Under the pieces are notes generated by a model. That model did no database searches and had not been told where the DNA came from. It saw only the letters and a list, made by a program, of their open reading frames with translations. The translations under genes and the position numbers were made by a program. A stretch of DNA of 63,982 nt, filler included, from Octopus bimaculoides (taxonomy: Eukaryota): assembly GCF_001194135.2 (NCBI RefSeq). It is 5 parts of 4 records of this genome, joined end to end, with 100 filler letters (N's around TTAATTAATTAA, not from the genome) between each part and the next. Parts side by side here need not be neighbours in the genome. Positions count along the whole stretch, not along the records: positions 1 to 21,855 come from NC_068987.1; 4 more parts are not named here. One strand, given 5' to 3'. Below are positions 1 to 11,273 of the stretch, in pieces (the stretch's first letter is position 1; every line of letters starts with the position of its first letter).

Positions 1-544
1 TATATATAGCAATGTTAATTCTCTATATATCTACCTATATGTATATGTGTGTGCGTGCGTGTATGTGTGTATGAACAGAGATGTGTGTGTGTGTGCGTGT
101 GTGTGTATTACTCTATTGTGAATATTTTATGCAAAACATTTTATATGCGGTTTGTTTATTTTCTTTCCTCAAGATAAATATTCCTATTCAGTTTTTATTT
201 CGTACAAGTATCTAGTGAGATTATAACGACGTTGTCGTTTACAGCATTTTCACAACATTTCACGTATTATATTAGTTTCTTACTACGAATACAATACATG
301 CACTTCCCTTGTGTAACATATTTATGTTTAGGTCGAAGATGTTATAGCTTAACTGAACATTATTGATTGCAATGTTGAAGAATCGGATGACAGGTTGTTT
401 TAGTTGTTATTTTGTCATACTAATGTATCTCTGACTTTCACGATGTCAGTCTATTTTCATGAATTGGTTTAATATAATGACTGCTGATGCGAAGTGATAA
501 CTGGATGAGCAAATGATCATTTCATATTCCGTTGTCTGCATTGA

Positions 545-741
545 ACAGAAATATATATACACACGCACACATACATACATACATACATACGTACATACAT
601 ACATACATACATACATACATACAGGCATACATACATACATACATACATACATACATGCATACATACATACGTACATACATACATACATACATGCATACAT
701 ACGTACGTACATACATACATACATGCATACATACATACATG

Positions 742-773
<32 letters not shown>

Positions 774-946
774 CATGCATACATGCATACATGCATACAT
801 ACATACGTACATACATACATAGTACATACATACATACATACATATATACACACATATATATACATGCATACATGCATACATGCATACATACATACATACA
901 TACATACACACACACATATATATACATGCATACATGCATACATGCA

Positions 947-977
<31 letters not shown>

Positions 978-1034
978 GTACATACATACGTACTTACATG
1001 CATACATACATACATGCATACATACATACATACA
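545..1034. repeat. (CATA)n microsatellite with CATG/CGTA variants
   Basis: Directly visible; explains the MYVC/HTYI pseudo-ORFs at 446-1130. Confidence 0.97.
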
Positions 1035-1250
1035 AACTTAGAAACTAACCAGCCTACTCGCACGTTACAAATACAATCTGTAAGCGGAACAGTAAAGCTA
1101 TGCAAGACTTTTTTCGGGTTTAAAATATGACATTATTTTCGTTATCTACACTCCGACGATGGAGCTTTGTATCATTGTTAGAAACCAGCTCCTTCTTCAG
1201 TGGAAGAACTTAAATAATTAAAAACAGAAAAGAATATACTTACAATGCAT
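1035..1250 (+). mobile_element. 3' end of an RLE-type non-LTR retrotransposon, 5'-truncated
   Basis: LETNQPTRTLQIQSVSGTVKLCKTFFGFKI* aligns with RETDQLIRILQVQSVSETVKICKTFLKF* of the longer copy at 58204-58700; the 3' UTRs are also similar (GATGGAGC.TTGTATC...GAAAC.AGC...CAGTGGAAGA). Confidence 0.75.
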
Positions 1251-1389
1251 ACATGCATATATTACATACATGCAATTATAAAGCAATACAAAGAAATATA
1301 TACATACAAGTTTACACATATATTTTTTCAAGTGGGTATTACTGGCTAATTGTAAAGAAGCACCAAAGATAAATGCACGCATACATACA

Positions 1390-2860
1390 TATGTTTGTGT
1401 GAATTTTTCTTTGATATTTCTTTACAACTGGCGAGACCAGGCATGACTGTCTCTCTCGAGCAATGGGCCATAAGTTCATCGTAAAGCGAGCTGCACGAAA
1501 AATAGATCAGATTAATATTTCGTTGGAGGTTCCTCAATCATTTTCACTACAGAGCATGATACACCTAAGCATTTGACTTAGAAATAGGGGAAATTTAATT
1601 GTTATATCTTTAGGGAAATAAAATGTCCTTAAATCTGGTATTGAGCTAGAGTCCTTATATATGGTATTCAGTTCATTTAACTTCACAGCTCATTTAACTC
1701 CACATTAAAGTCACTACATCCAGACTCCCTGTGATTGACTAGTGTTGGGAAATGGAAAGTGTCATCAGTTTTGAATTAGTTTCCCAAAACTCGAAAATAA
1801 TTTTCAAAATCTTTGGTATGAAAACACGTCTTACGAATCAACTGATTTTACTTTTTCAGCGTTTGATATTGAAATCATTCAAAAGAGTAATGATACGTGC
1901 AAGGTCACGAATCCAGTTTTCATATTTCTACTCAGGGACAAATTTATCTTTCATTTATAAGAAGGCGTATAGCGTCTTCCATTTACTTCTCACTGAACTG
2001 CACAGTTGCAAACCACATCGCCTTACTCCGATTCAAGTTCTAAGAACTCTTTAAACTGCGATGGTTAAGTGTTCGGGAATTTAGTAAACTTTACGGTTGA
2101 AACAATTATGCTCATAACATTTTCAAATTTTACATACTTAGAATATACATCTTCTTGATGAATTCTGAAATAAATTGTTGCAAAAATACTGTTTGCTAAA
2201 TTCAAAGAAGTTAATTCGTCTTCTATAGATTAGATAGACAGCCTGCTTTTGGCTCAACCATTGCTGGGATCCCGTCTGTTGCTACACTGAGGAAACTTTC
2301 ATGTGAGAGATTCAACTTCCTTAGATGGTTTCTTCACTTCTTCATAAATACTATATTCGGTAGCAATATCTCTCATTGTTTGAACAATAAGTAATACTTC
2401 GGTGATATTAAATGATCTATTGATAGCACGTAAGAAAATTGCCATTTGAGACAAATCGGATACATCTGTGCTTTTATCGACAGCCAGTGAAAAGAATCAA
2501 ATTCTCTTATTTTTTTTTCCCTAAAGCATACCCTCAATTTCTTCAACCCATCTCATTTTGCTGTGAGAAAACTAATCTGGTCCGGCATATTTAACTTTCC
2601 TGGACATGAAATTTCAGCTACTGGCAAAAGACATTCTTTTACAAATTCACCATCGGCATGATTTCTGAATTTTAGAAACTTTTTCACCAACAACATAACT
2701 TGTACAATTCTAATTAAGAAAATAGCTCAGGCTTGCAATCTGTTTCTCGGGGGCTTCAGTCTTTTGCTTTCAAATATCTCCTTTAAATTTGTCGTACCAC
2801 GAATGTTTTAGAGCGTAATGCCGCTTAACATTCAATTCATTAAAAGCAGAGTGGAATTAA
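1390..2860 (-). mobile_element. Decayed hAT transposase (Charlie/SPIN, GTF2IRD2-like type)
   Basis: Minus-strand motifs in the expected order: NVKRHYALKH (~2806-2835), FSLAVDKSTDVSDLSQMAIFLRAINRSF (~2411-2493), TDGIPAMV (~2257-2279), WIRDLA (~1900), and a C-terminus ending ...KKNSH. Many stops and frameshifts. Confidence 0.85.
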
Positions 2861-4251
2861 TAAAATATTAAACATATTGGTCTGTTTTAATTTTTTTTAC
2901 CCCTTTAACAGAGAAGTAATCCCTTGCCAACTTTTCATAGAATTTTCTCACACCTTCAGAAATTTTCCTTTCTTGGGGCGGGAGGGGGATGAAGCCACGA
3001 GCTACAGTATCAAAAATTGGAATATAAAAAGTACTCATCAAATAAATGTTGAGCTTCTATTTCCACCGCTTGTAACGACTCGTTGCGATAATCCAATGAT
3101 TGTAACTACAGACGCGTATGGTAGTAATATTCTAACACGAGACAACAGACTTAAATTTTGCTGATACAGTTCACCTAGCTCTAATTAAATACCGTATTTA
3201 GTTGTAGCTTTTAAATTTACAGTAGAATCAACAAATATAGGGATAGTTTGAAAGACCAGATGAAAATGTTGCAAGGAAGTAAACTAATGAAGTATTAAGT
3301 TGTAAACCAACATATTTATTATAATGAGCTGAAAATAATTTTAAACACTTGAAATTACGACGTTAAAGAGAAAAGTAACAAGCGTTAATGACAATTCTTG
3401 TCAGTGAGAGAAACGGATTTAAATTGATTAAAAATTAAATGAAGATATGTAGTAAGGAATAAATCTGATCTTTGATGCTGATTTGTAATACGACTGTATG
3501 AAAGATAAGAATTGGGAAATATTTCAATCACAAAATATCTGACATTGTAACTGTGGTTGGGAGTTAGTAGACTGACCTGCTGTATTTTATAGACCTTTTA
3601 TGCTCTAATGTGAAATATCTCCGGTGTTTGTAACATGAATATCAGTAATATGGTGGAGAGAGAGAGAGAGAGAGAGAGTAATCAGACCAACTATATAAAC
3701 ATGTCACCTTATGCTAATGATGGCGATCCTTTTCAGTTCAAAATTTTTAATTTTTATTTTTTTTGTGCAATAATCCTGTTATTGGAGAGTTACATTTATA
3801 TGTGCATTTTACTTTTAGGTAAATGTTTAGAGATAAGCAAACAATTTTTCTTACTAGACATTAATAATATATTAATTGAAATTTCGAAAGACAACTGAAT
3901 TATAGTTAGAATGTAATGTGTACATATAAATTACTTGTAGGAACACCGTATTTCATTATGCAACCATAATATAGTATATTAAACGTTTTATAAGTTAACA
4001 TTATGTCTTACATGTTAGCAATGCTATTAAATCACTTTTTAAGGTTATCTCTACAGATTCTCTATAGAAACAAATCAGTGCTGGCTATAATTTCTGAAGA
4101 AAATTTGTAGAGATAACCTCAAAAAAATGTAATTTATTTATTTATTTATGGGTTTCAGCCAAGTGGCTGCGGTCATGCTGGAGCGTACATTTTAGTAGTA
4201 CATTGCTAATAGTCAAGTCATCGCCGTTTTTTCGTATTGTTTGTTTTTATA

Positions 4252-4378
4252 CAGGGTGTCCACAATGTCTGGGTACCTGGAGTAAATAAAATCACAACTT
4301 AAACAATTAAATATAAGAAATAATAATTTCTTAAAGTATGTGTTAATCCCCATGTACCCAGACTTTGTGGACACCCTG
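4252..4378. mobile_element. Tc1/mariner-type MITE
   Basis: 25-bp TIR CAGGGTGTCCACAA(T/A)GTCTGGGTAC with one mismatch, flanked by TA on both sides (4250-4251 and 4379-4380). Confidence 0.9.
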
Positions 4379-4399
4379 TAGTATTTAATATCAATATCG

Positions 4400-4930
4400 A
4401 GAAGAATCTTTGATGGGAATGCATAACTAAGTAAATGGTTATGGCTGCTTTTGGACGAATTTTAAGAGTACCATCATTTTCGGGAATGCCATTTCGAACT
4501 CTCGGAAGTTCACTGACTGAATGCTTATTTAAGATTGCTAGTACATATTTATATTCAATTTTTTTCTGATCAGCTCTATGCGTAATGAAGTTTTACTTCC
4601 ACATAGAGTTGAATTGGAAGTCAACCAACTGCATTTTTAGATCCTTAAAACCAACGAAACACATCTAATTTCAGATCCGTGAAATTTGTTCCATCAAAAT
4701 ATCTTATAAATTTTATTGCTTTCTATAACCCTCTGAATTGTACAAGTCTAAAGAAACTGCTTTGTCACGTCTCTTAAAACCTCTGCATAATGTTTTATTC
4801 GTTTTTCAAGAATCTTACATTTGGTTTCTTTAAAGTATGGCTGTGCCCTTTGGAAATAATTGAAACATTTCCTCTCTATATCACTTTGAAACATGCTGTG
4901 TTTATCCTCAAAATTCTTGATTAAACCAAA
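4400..4930 (-). mobile_element. Second decayed hAT transposase fragment (C-terminal third)
   Basis: FEDKHSMFQSDIERKCFNYF and FKDLKMQLVDFQFNSMWK resemble the hAT FxxKLxLFxxDIxxxxFxHF and ELQxELIDLQ segments. Confidence 0.55.
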
Positions 4931-5682
4931 TATTATGTAAATAGATTTCCCACAAACCTAAAGTTTAATGTTAAGTTTATTTACATGCAGTGAAAAACTT
5001 GGGGAAAACCGAAGTTTAGTAAATCAAGCAAAATCATTTGGCTAAGGAAAAATCACGCTCCATCTTTTCATTTGTATATATATAATTTATGTTATAACCT
5101 GTTCAGGTTGTGGACATAACTATATAAGACAGACATGTATAACACTGAGACAGAGAGCTACACTACATAAGAAACAAATACGGTTCCCGCAATGCAGACA
5201 GATTCCTTTGAGTGAACACATAGAGAGGTGTACAGGTAATATCCAACCAAACTTTACAGTTTTCCTTATCTACTAGTGCAAAGAAACAATTTCTGTACAA
5301 CGTTTAAATAAAGTAAATTTTTCATCGAAAAATACAGAACACGTCTAAATATGAACGCATAACCAACTTTGATCTCAGTATATATTTTAATTCATTCTCA
5401 CATACCCATCACTGTACATATTTCATCTCACTACTTTAGATTTTGAGTTTTCATATTTATATTTATCCCCTCCCCGAAAGATGAACGATTACCTCCCCTG
5501 TCCTCAATAATAACGATCACCAATTACCTCCCCTTAGATTTTTCTACGTGTTGAATCATTCATTCACAAACTTCTCCACACACAGTATGGACTAAAATCT
5601 TAAGAAAATATGAAATTACAATAATTTTAACGTCATTGTGAGCCAAAGTGAATGCAGTCGACAAATACAATACTCTTTCACT

Positions 5683-5740
5683 TATATATTTAAAATATAT
5701 TTAAAATATATTTAAAATATATTTAAAAATATATTAAAAT
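5683..5740. repeat. AT-only 11-bp tandem repeat (TTTAAAATATA)
   Basis: About five near-palindromic units visible. Confidence 0.85.
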
Positions 5741-5884
5741 TATGTAAACTGTGTGCAGTTTCCTTCTTTTATTTTATATATATATATTTTGTATTACAAC
5801 TCACCACGTAAAGGTAATCGAAATTCCTCCCTTTTTGTTACTATATATATATAAATCTGTTTATCTTATACACGCACATATATC

Positions 5885-5969
5885 CGTGTGTGTATGCGTG
5901 TATGCTTGTGTGTGAGTATGTTTGTGTGTGCGTGTGCGTGTGCGTGTGCGTGCGTGCGTGCGTGCGTGC

Positions 5970-5995
<26 letters not shown>
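5885..5995. repeat. (GT)n/(GCGT)n microsatellite
   Basis: Directly visible. Confidence 0.95.
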
Positions 5996-6001
<6 letters not shown>

Positions 6002-6029
6002 ACAGATAACGAAGAGGATCTTCTATGAA

Positions 6030-7050
6030 TGCGAATAGGAAAATTGACCAACCTTTATAAATTTCAGATCCAATGACTCATCATCAGAAATGAACGGTTT
6101 AGAAATGTGAATTTGAGTGGATCCTGTCATTTTGATTCCTAACATGACACAATTTATGTAGACTCACATTTCTGAACCATGCACTCCTGATGATGGGCTC
6201 TTGTGCTTCAAATGTTGTTCAACGTTCCTTTTCGCATTGTTACAAGCTCTTCTTTGTTATATGTTATTTTACTTCTGTATCACAATATTTCAAGCAATAG
6301 CATCCAAGAATTACTATCTATTTCAGTGAAATCATGGATTCATTTTTTAAAAAGACTCAAATTTATATATGTTTATCATGTTTAATATGTCTTACAGGTG
6401 TATAAAATTTAATTTTGTCTATAATTTTATAATTTTTATAATTATTTTAATAATTATATTTTTATTCCTGCTGGATCCCGCTTATCTGTCCACGACATCT
6501 TTTTTCAATTTGGCTGCGATCATTTTCTCTACCCACTTCCTCAGGATGAAGCAATAGCTTCACTGAACTTAAAGAATGCATTCATTTAGCAGTACAGGGG
6601 TTACTCCTGCAATGCTTCAAAATGTGTTTCGCAATGCTAAGGATAGATTTGCGTATCTTTGCCATAACTCATCAAATAAACAAAATTTTCAAATCCAGCA
6701 CTCATGTACATTACTTTCTAATGTATAATATAATAGAAAGAAAAAGTATGGAATGGCCAACAACTTTTGTTAAATGCTTTTCAAAAGCACAATACATTCT
6801 CTGTCTCTGTCATTTCCTCCTATCTGACAGTTCGTCCCACACGGTTTAATTGTTAAGGAAATGCAAACTAGAATCCTAAGATACACAGTGTCAGTAACAA
6901 ACAACGAAAGCAAATAATAAAATATATAAATGCTCTAAGATGTTGTTCCACGAGAAGAAGCGAATTTGAAGTTTTGAGAGGAAGCTCTTCATTCAAAGAA
7001 TTAGTTGTGGGGAGAATAATAATGAGATTCTTGTTAATAGCACTAGAACT
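6030..7050 (-). mobile_element. Third decayed hAT transposase fragment
   Basis: EELPLKTS, WDELS, YANLSL/HCET (cf. YxDLxLHCEVRW) and ISDDESLD in hAT order. A CAGTGGTTCTCAA hAT-type terminal motif lies nearby at ~7083. Confidence 0.55.
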
Positions 7051-7723
7051 GCTAAACATATGTATGTATTAACGATTCAGCTCAGTGGTTCTCAATCATT
7101 ATTGCTCAAACGCTGCCGTTTGGTCTTGGAATAGTATTAATCTTTAATGTAAAAATATAGAGGTGATATACCCCACTAGATTTTCTGTAAAACCTTAGAA
7201 AAACATTGGTTTAGCAGTATCCATATCAACCAGTGTCCATACCGTAAAGATAATTCACCAAACAACTGGCAAGTTATAGTTCAGACCGGTTTTCTGCTAA
7301 CAGGCCACCATTTTGTTCTTTCTTGAAGATTAGAAGCTGAAGAAACGCTACGTGTTAATTTTTATGTAGAGTGAAGAGATAAGAATATTCTAAATCTAGA
7401 GATATTTGTTGTTGTTGATGTTGTCCTTGTTGTTGTTGTTGTGTTATAGGTGTTATTATTGTTGTCGACATCGTCTTAACTATTATTGCTGTTATTGTTG
7501 TTCTTGATCTTGCTAATGTCCCAACCGTTTGCGTCATAGCATATCGATAAGATGACATTATTCCATGTGACTTACTACTTTTTGATACTGTTGTTTGTGG
7601 TTTGTGGAAGATTTCACTACCATTTCTAGAATTGTAGTAAGAATTGCTAGTGGTGGATTATGGGAATACTTTGGAGAATGGTTTAGTCATAGGTTGAACG
7701 GTAACATCCATCACCTATTTCAG

Positions 7724-7801
7724 GATCTTCGTGGGAGGAAGTTTCCTCAGACCGAGAACCTAACATGGATAATTACTCAGAGTCAATGGACTCTGCTACA
7801 G
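7724..7801 (+). CDS. Candidate 78-nt internal exon, product unknown
   Basis: TAAC...tcacctatttcag acceptor and CAG|GTATGT donor. Two open frames: DLRGRKFPQTENLTWIITQSQWTLLQ or GSSWEEVSSDREPNMDNYSESMDSAT. No recognised homology. Confidence 0.3.
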
Positions 7802-8994
7802 GTATGTATGTGTGTATGTATGTATGTATGTATGTATGTATGTATGTATGTATGTATATATATATATATATATATATATNNNNNNNNNNNNNNNNNNNNN
7901 NNNNNNNNNNNNNNNNNNNNNNNNNNNNNNNNNNNNNNNNNNNNNNNNNNNNNNNNNNNNNNNNNNNNNNNNNNNNNNNNNNNNNNNNNNNNNNNNNNNN
8001 NNNNNNNNNNNNNNNNNNNNNNNNNNNNNNNNNNNNNNNNNNNNNNNNNNNNNNNNNNNNNNNNNNNNNNNNNNNNNNNNNNNNNNNNNNNNNNNNNNNN
8101 NNNNNNNNNNNNNNNNNNNNNNNNNNNNNNNNNNNNNNNNNNNNNNNNNNNNNNNNNNNNNNNNNNNNNNNNNNNNNNNNNNNNNNNNNNNNNNNNNNNN
8201 NNNNNNNNNNNNNNNNNNNNNNNNNNNNNNNNNNNNNNNNNNNNNNNNNNNNNNNNNNNNNNNNNNNNNNNNNNNNNNNNNNNNNNNNNNNNNNNNNNNN
8301 NNNNNNNNNNNNNNNNNNNNNNNNNNNNNNNNNNNNNNNNNNNNNNNNNNNNNNNNNNNNNNNNNNNNNNNNNNNNNNNNNNNNNNNNNNNATATGTACA
8401 AGCACACACAGTCATGTAAACACGTATACACACATATATACGTATGATCTTAAAGTATACACATATATACGTTTATCCATCTACACATATATATATCACT
8501 ATTTTCGCAAGACAATGGTTAAAATTCAAAAACTTTTTTCTTTGTATTTGACATAGACATATACATATATATGTGCATACATACATATATATAAAATATA
8601 TACATATATATATACACACATACCCATACGTGCATGGATACACACACACAAACACACATACTCACACACACTCATAAACACGTACATGCACACATACACA
8701 CGCACGCTAAAATACACACACATCTACTCACACGTACATACACATTAATCTATGTACACTCATACGACTATATATAATTACATATTTATTTATTTATATT
8801 AATAAATAAATATATTTATAGGGAATAATTAATAAATTTTCCCTTATAAGGTTTTTTCACGCTAACTACTTGATAAATTCTTATAAAGATTTTATCCTAT
8901 ATTTAAATTATAATTACATATATATATTACAGTATCATGCATCTTAACATGTATGAATTTCTACATGTAAATGAGAGAAAGGGGTGATTATAGA

Positions 8995-9125
8995 TGGGTA
9001 CTCCCGATTTACCGTTGGGGTGGGTTTGTATTCCTGCATACAGACAGCTTCGGTGACTTGTCTGAGCATTGCATCAGTGGGATGTGTAGACAGGATGTTT
9101 AATGCAAGTCTCCCTAAGGAGTAAA
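8995..9125 (-). mobile_element. PLE GIY-YIG C-terminal relic
   Basis: LALNILSTHPTDAMLRQVTEAVCMQEYKP resembles the LxRQITEAVxI end of PLE endonucleases. Confidence 0.45.
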
Positions 9126-9173
9126 TTGTGGCAGTCTACAGCGTGCTGATAGAAGATGGAGCTTGGTTTTTTC

Positions 9174-9460
9174 TCAATGTATTGGGTTGTCCGAATGTTC
9201 GTGCTGATTTTCCAAAAGGTTCTTCCCACTTAACTCATGTGATACCCAAACATCGTAGCGATTTGTGTACCCAAGCTTTTCCAGGTGCTCATGAACGACG
9301 GATTTTAATAGGATGAGGCTCTCTGTCAATTCTCGGGTTGTGCAATGTGGGTTATTCTCAATTAATGACTTGATTTGGTCATCATCCGTAGTGGATGGTC
9401 TGCCTGATCGCTTTTTATCAATAAGGCTACAATCTCCATGATGATGAGATAAAAACACTA
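9174..9460 (-). mobile_element. Mariner transposase fragment
   Basis: GDCSLIDKKRSGRPSTTDDDQIKSLIENNPHCTTRELTE...HLEKLGY...WVSHEL: helix-turn-helix region plus the WVPHEL motif. Confidence 0.92.
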
Positions 9461-9617
9461 TACCTAGGTTATTCTTCTAAAACTGATGCTGGTATAATGC
9501 TGTATATAGAGAGAACATTTTATAAATATCCCATATACTTCATTTCCAAGTTAATCGACTATGCTTCCTTTACATTATTGCATTTGACGGATATTTGTCC
9601 TCATCTTGTTTGTTGTT

Positions 9618-9663
9618 AACACAACGTTTCGGCTGATATACCCTCCAGCTTTCACCAGGTGTC
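9618..9663 (-). ncRNA. Minimal type I hammerhead ribozyme, mutated core
   Basis: Minus strand GACAC-CUGGUGA-A-AGCUG..CAGCC-GAAACGUU-GUGUU; A6G change in the core and one stem II mismatch. Confidence 0.65.

Positions 9664-9698
<35 letters not shown>
9664..9698. repeat. (AAT)n tract between tRNA-like cassette and ribozyme
   Basis: Directly visible. Confidence 0.95.
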
Positions 9699-9700
<2 letters not shown>

Positions 9701-9702
<2 letters not shown>

Positions 9703-9773
9703 TCACTGCTTGGAATTGAACTCGAAATCTTGGGGTTAGTAGCCCGCGCTCTTAACCATTACACCACACGCTC
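9701..9773 (-). promoter_or_regulatory. tRNA-derived Pol III cassette in the PLE 3' region
   Basis: A-box-like TGGTGTAATGG, 7-nt loop CTACTAA, B-box-like GAGTTCAATTCC. The acceptor stem does not pair, so it is not a tRNA gene. Confidence 0.75.
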
Positions 9774-9802
9774 GTGGGCAATTATGGAGTGAATTTTAGG
9801 GC

Positions 9803-10800
9803 TTATATACCTAACATTTTCCTATCCTTCCTTAATACTGGTTCCCATATGCTATTCATATCTGCAATCGGTCTGCTTAGAAGATTGTTGTGTCCTAGCA
9901 TATGTGCTGCTTCTTTTAGCTTTCGTATTTTCCAGTGATGTTCTTTGTCTATTATTTTTACTTCATACCACAGGGCAAGGTGGTCTCCATTTCTCCATAC
10001 ATGATCAGCTGTACCCGATTTATCAATATCTCTTCGTGTCACAGCTTTGCTTCTACCCTTATTTTGAGGGGTGGCATGTTTCGCCTTTGTATAGCCTACC
10101 ACAGATGCATGGGATGGAGTACACCCAGTTTTTGGTCATATTCTCTTCTATTGGTGGTTTTACTCGAAGGACATATTTGCGAAGTGTTGTATTACTCTTG
10201 AATACTGTCCTGATGTCATATGGGCCGCATATCTTTTGTATCTTTTCGGAGAGGCCTTTCACATAAGGTAGACAGACTGTGGACAATTCTTTGGTTTCAT
10301 CCTCTCTTTTCTTCATAATTGGAGTGGATAGTGTGTTTTGGGGGTAGTTGCTTTATAGATTGTTACTGAGCTTGATCATTTCTTCGTGGTGTGTATCACG
10401 ATCGCTACCCATATTCATTGCTCGATGTTTTAGGCACTGAACAGCCCCTCTCTTTAAGCTGTATGGATAGAGGGAATCGAAGTTGAGGTATCGTCCAGTG
10501 CAGGTCGGCTTATGGTATACTGATGTCCTGAATTTATACTTGCTACGTGTTAATACGTCCAGGAATACTAGCTGGTTGTCTTTTCCCTTTTCCATTGTGA
10601 ACTGTATGGATGGCTTTATTGCATTCACATGATCTAACAGCACTTTGACATCTTCCTGGTGGGGCCAGATTATAAAGGTGTCATCAACATATCGCAGCCA
10701 TAGGGTTGGTTTTAGTGGTGTTGATTCTAAATCCACATTCTCAACGTATTCCATGTATATATTGGCTATTATCGGTGATAATGGCGGACCGATAGCTAAA
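9803..10800 (-). mobile_element. Penelope-like element, 5'-truncated (RT C-terminus plus GIY-YIG)
   Basis: LWLRYVDDTFIIWPH...FLDV...VYHKPTCTGRYLNFDS (10353-10754); LPYVKGLSEKI...VYSIPCICGRLYKGET (10059-10316); HVWRNGDH...RKLKEAAHM...SIWEP. Confidence 0.95.
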
Positions 10801-10812
10801 CCCTCTTCTCGT

Positions 10813-11254
10813 CATGCAAAAGATATGCGGCCCATATGACATCAGGACAATATTGAAGAGTAATACAACACTTCGCAAATATGTCCTTCGAGTAAAACCA
10901 CCTTTCGAAGAGAATATGACCAAAAACTGCGTGTACTCCATCCCATGCATCTGTAGTAGGTTATACAAAGGGGAAACAAATCGCCCCCTCAAAATAAGGG
11001 TAGAGGCAAAACTGTGACACGAGGAGATATTGATAAATCGGGTATAGCTGATCATATATGGAAAAATGGAGACCACCTGCCTTGCAGGATGAAGTTAAAA
11101 TAATAGACAGAGAGCACCACTGGAAAATACGAAAACTAAAAGCAGCACTAAGCAGACCGAGTGCAGATATGAATAGCATATGGGAACCGGTATTAAGGAA
11201 GGATAGGAAAATATTAGATTTATAAGCTCTAAAATTTACTCCATAATTGCCCAC
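10813..11254 (+). mobile_element. Inverted duplicate of the PLE 3' part (GIY-YIG region)
   Basis: Reverse-complement match to ~9775-10240; QKICGPYDIRTILKSNTTLRKYVLRVKPP...CVYSIPCICSRLYKGETNRPLK. Confidence 0.95.
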
Positions 11255-11273
11255 GGGCATATGGCGTAGTGGT
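11255..11273 (+). promoter_or_regulatory. Start of the second tRNA-derived cassette (runs into an N gap)
   Basis: GGGCATATGGCGTAGTGGT follows the same ...CCATAATTGCCCAC junction as the 9.77 and 41.35 kb copies. Confidence 0.7.

Noticed and set aside
446-1130. Long ORFs of 85-219 aa (MYVC.../HTYI...)
   Set aside because: Translations of (CATA)n. The same applies to the CVCV, YIYI, LSLS, IYLS and poly-I/N/Y ORFs throughout the window.
1150-1205. Hammerhead-like words in the RLE LINE 3' UTR (also 58232-58290)
   Set aside because: No convincing stem II or stem I pairing in either orientation.
1391-1489. Apparent minus-strand exon (cag|...CATAT|gtatgt)
   Set aside because: Better explained as the hAT transposase C-terminus (RAR..DE.L...SH) next to a CATA-type repeat.
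9701-9773. Possible tRNA gene (also 41281-41353 and the SINE heads)
   Set aside because: Acceptor stem unpaired and anticodon stem weak; retroelement-associated tRNA-derived sequence.
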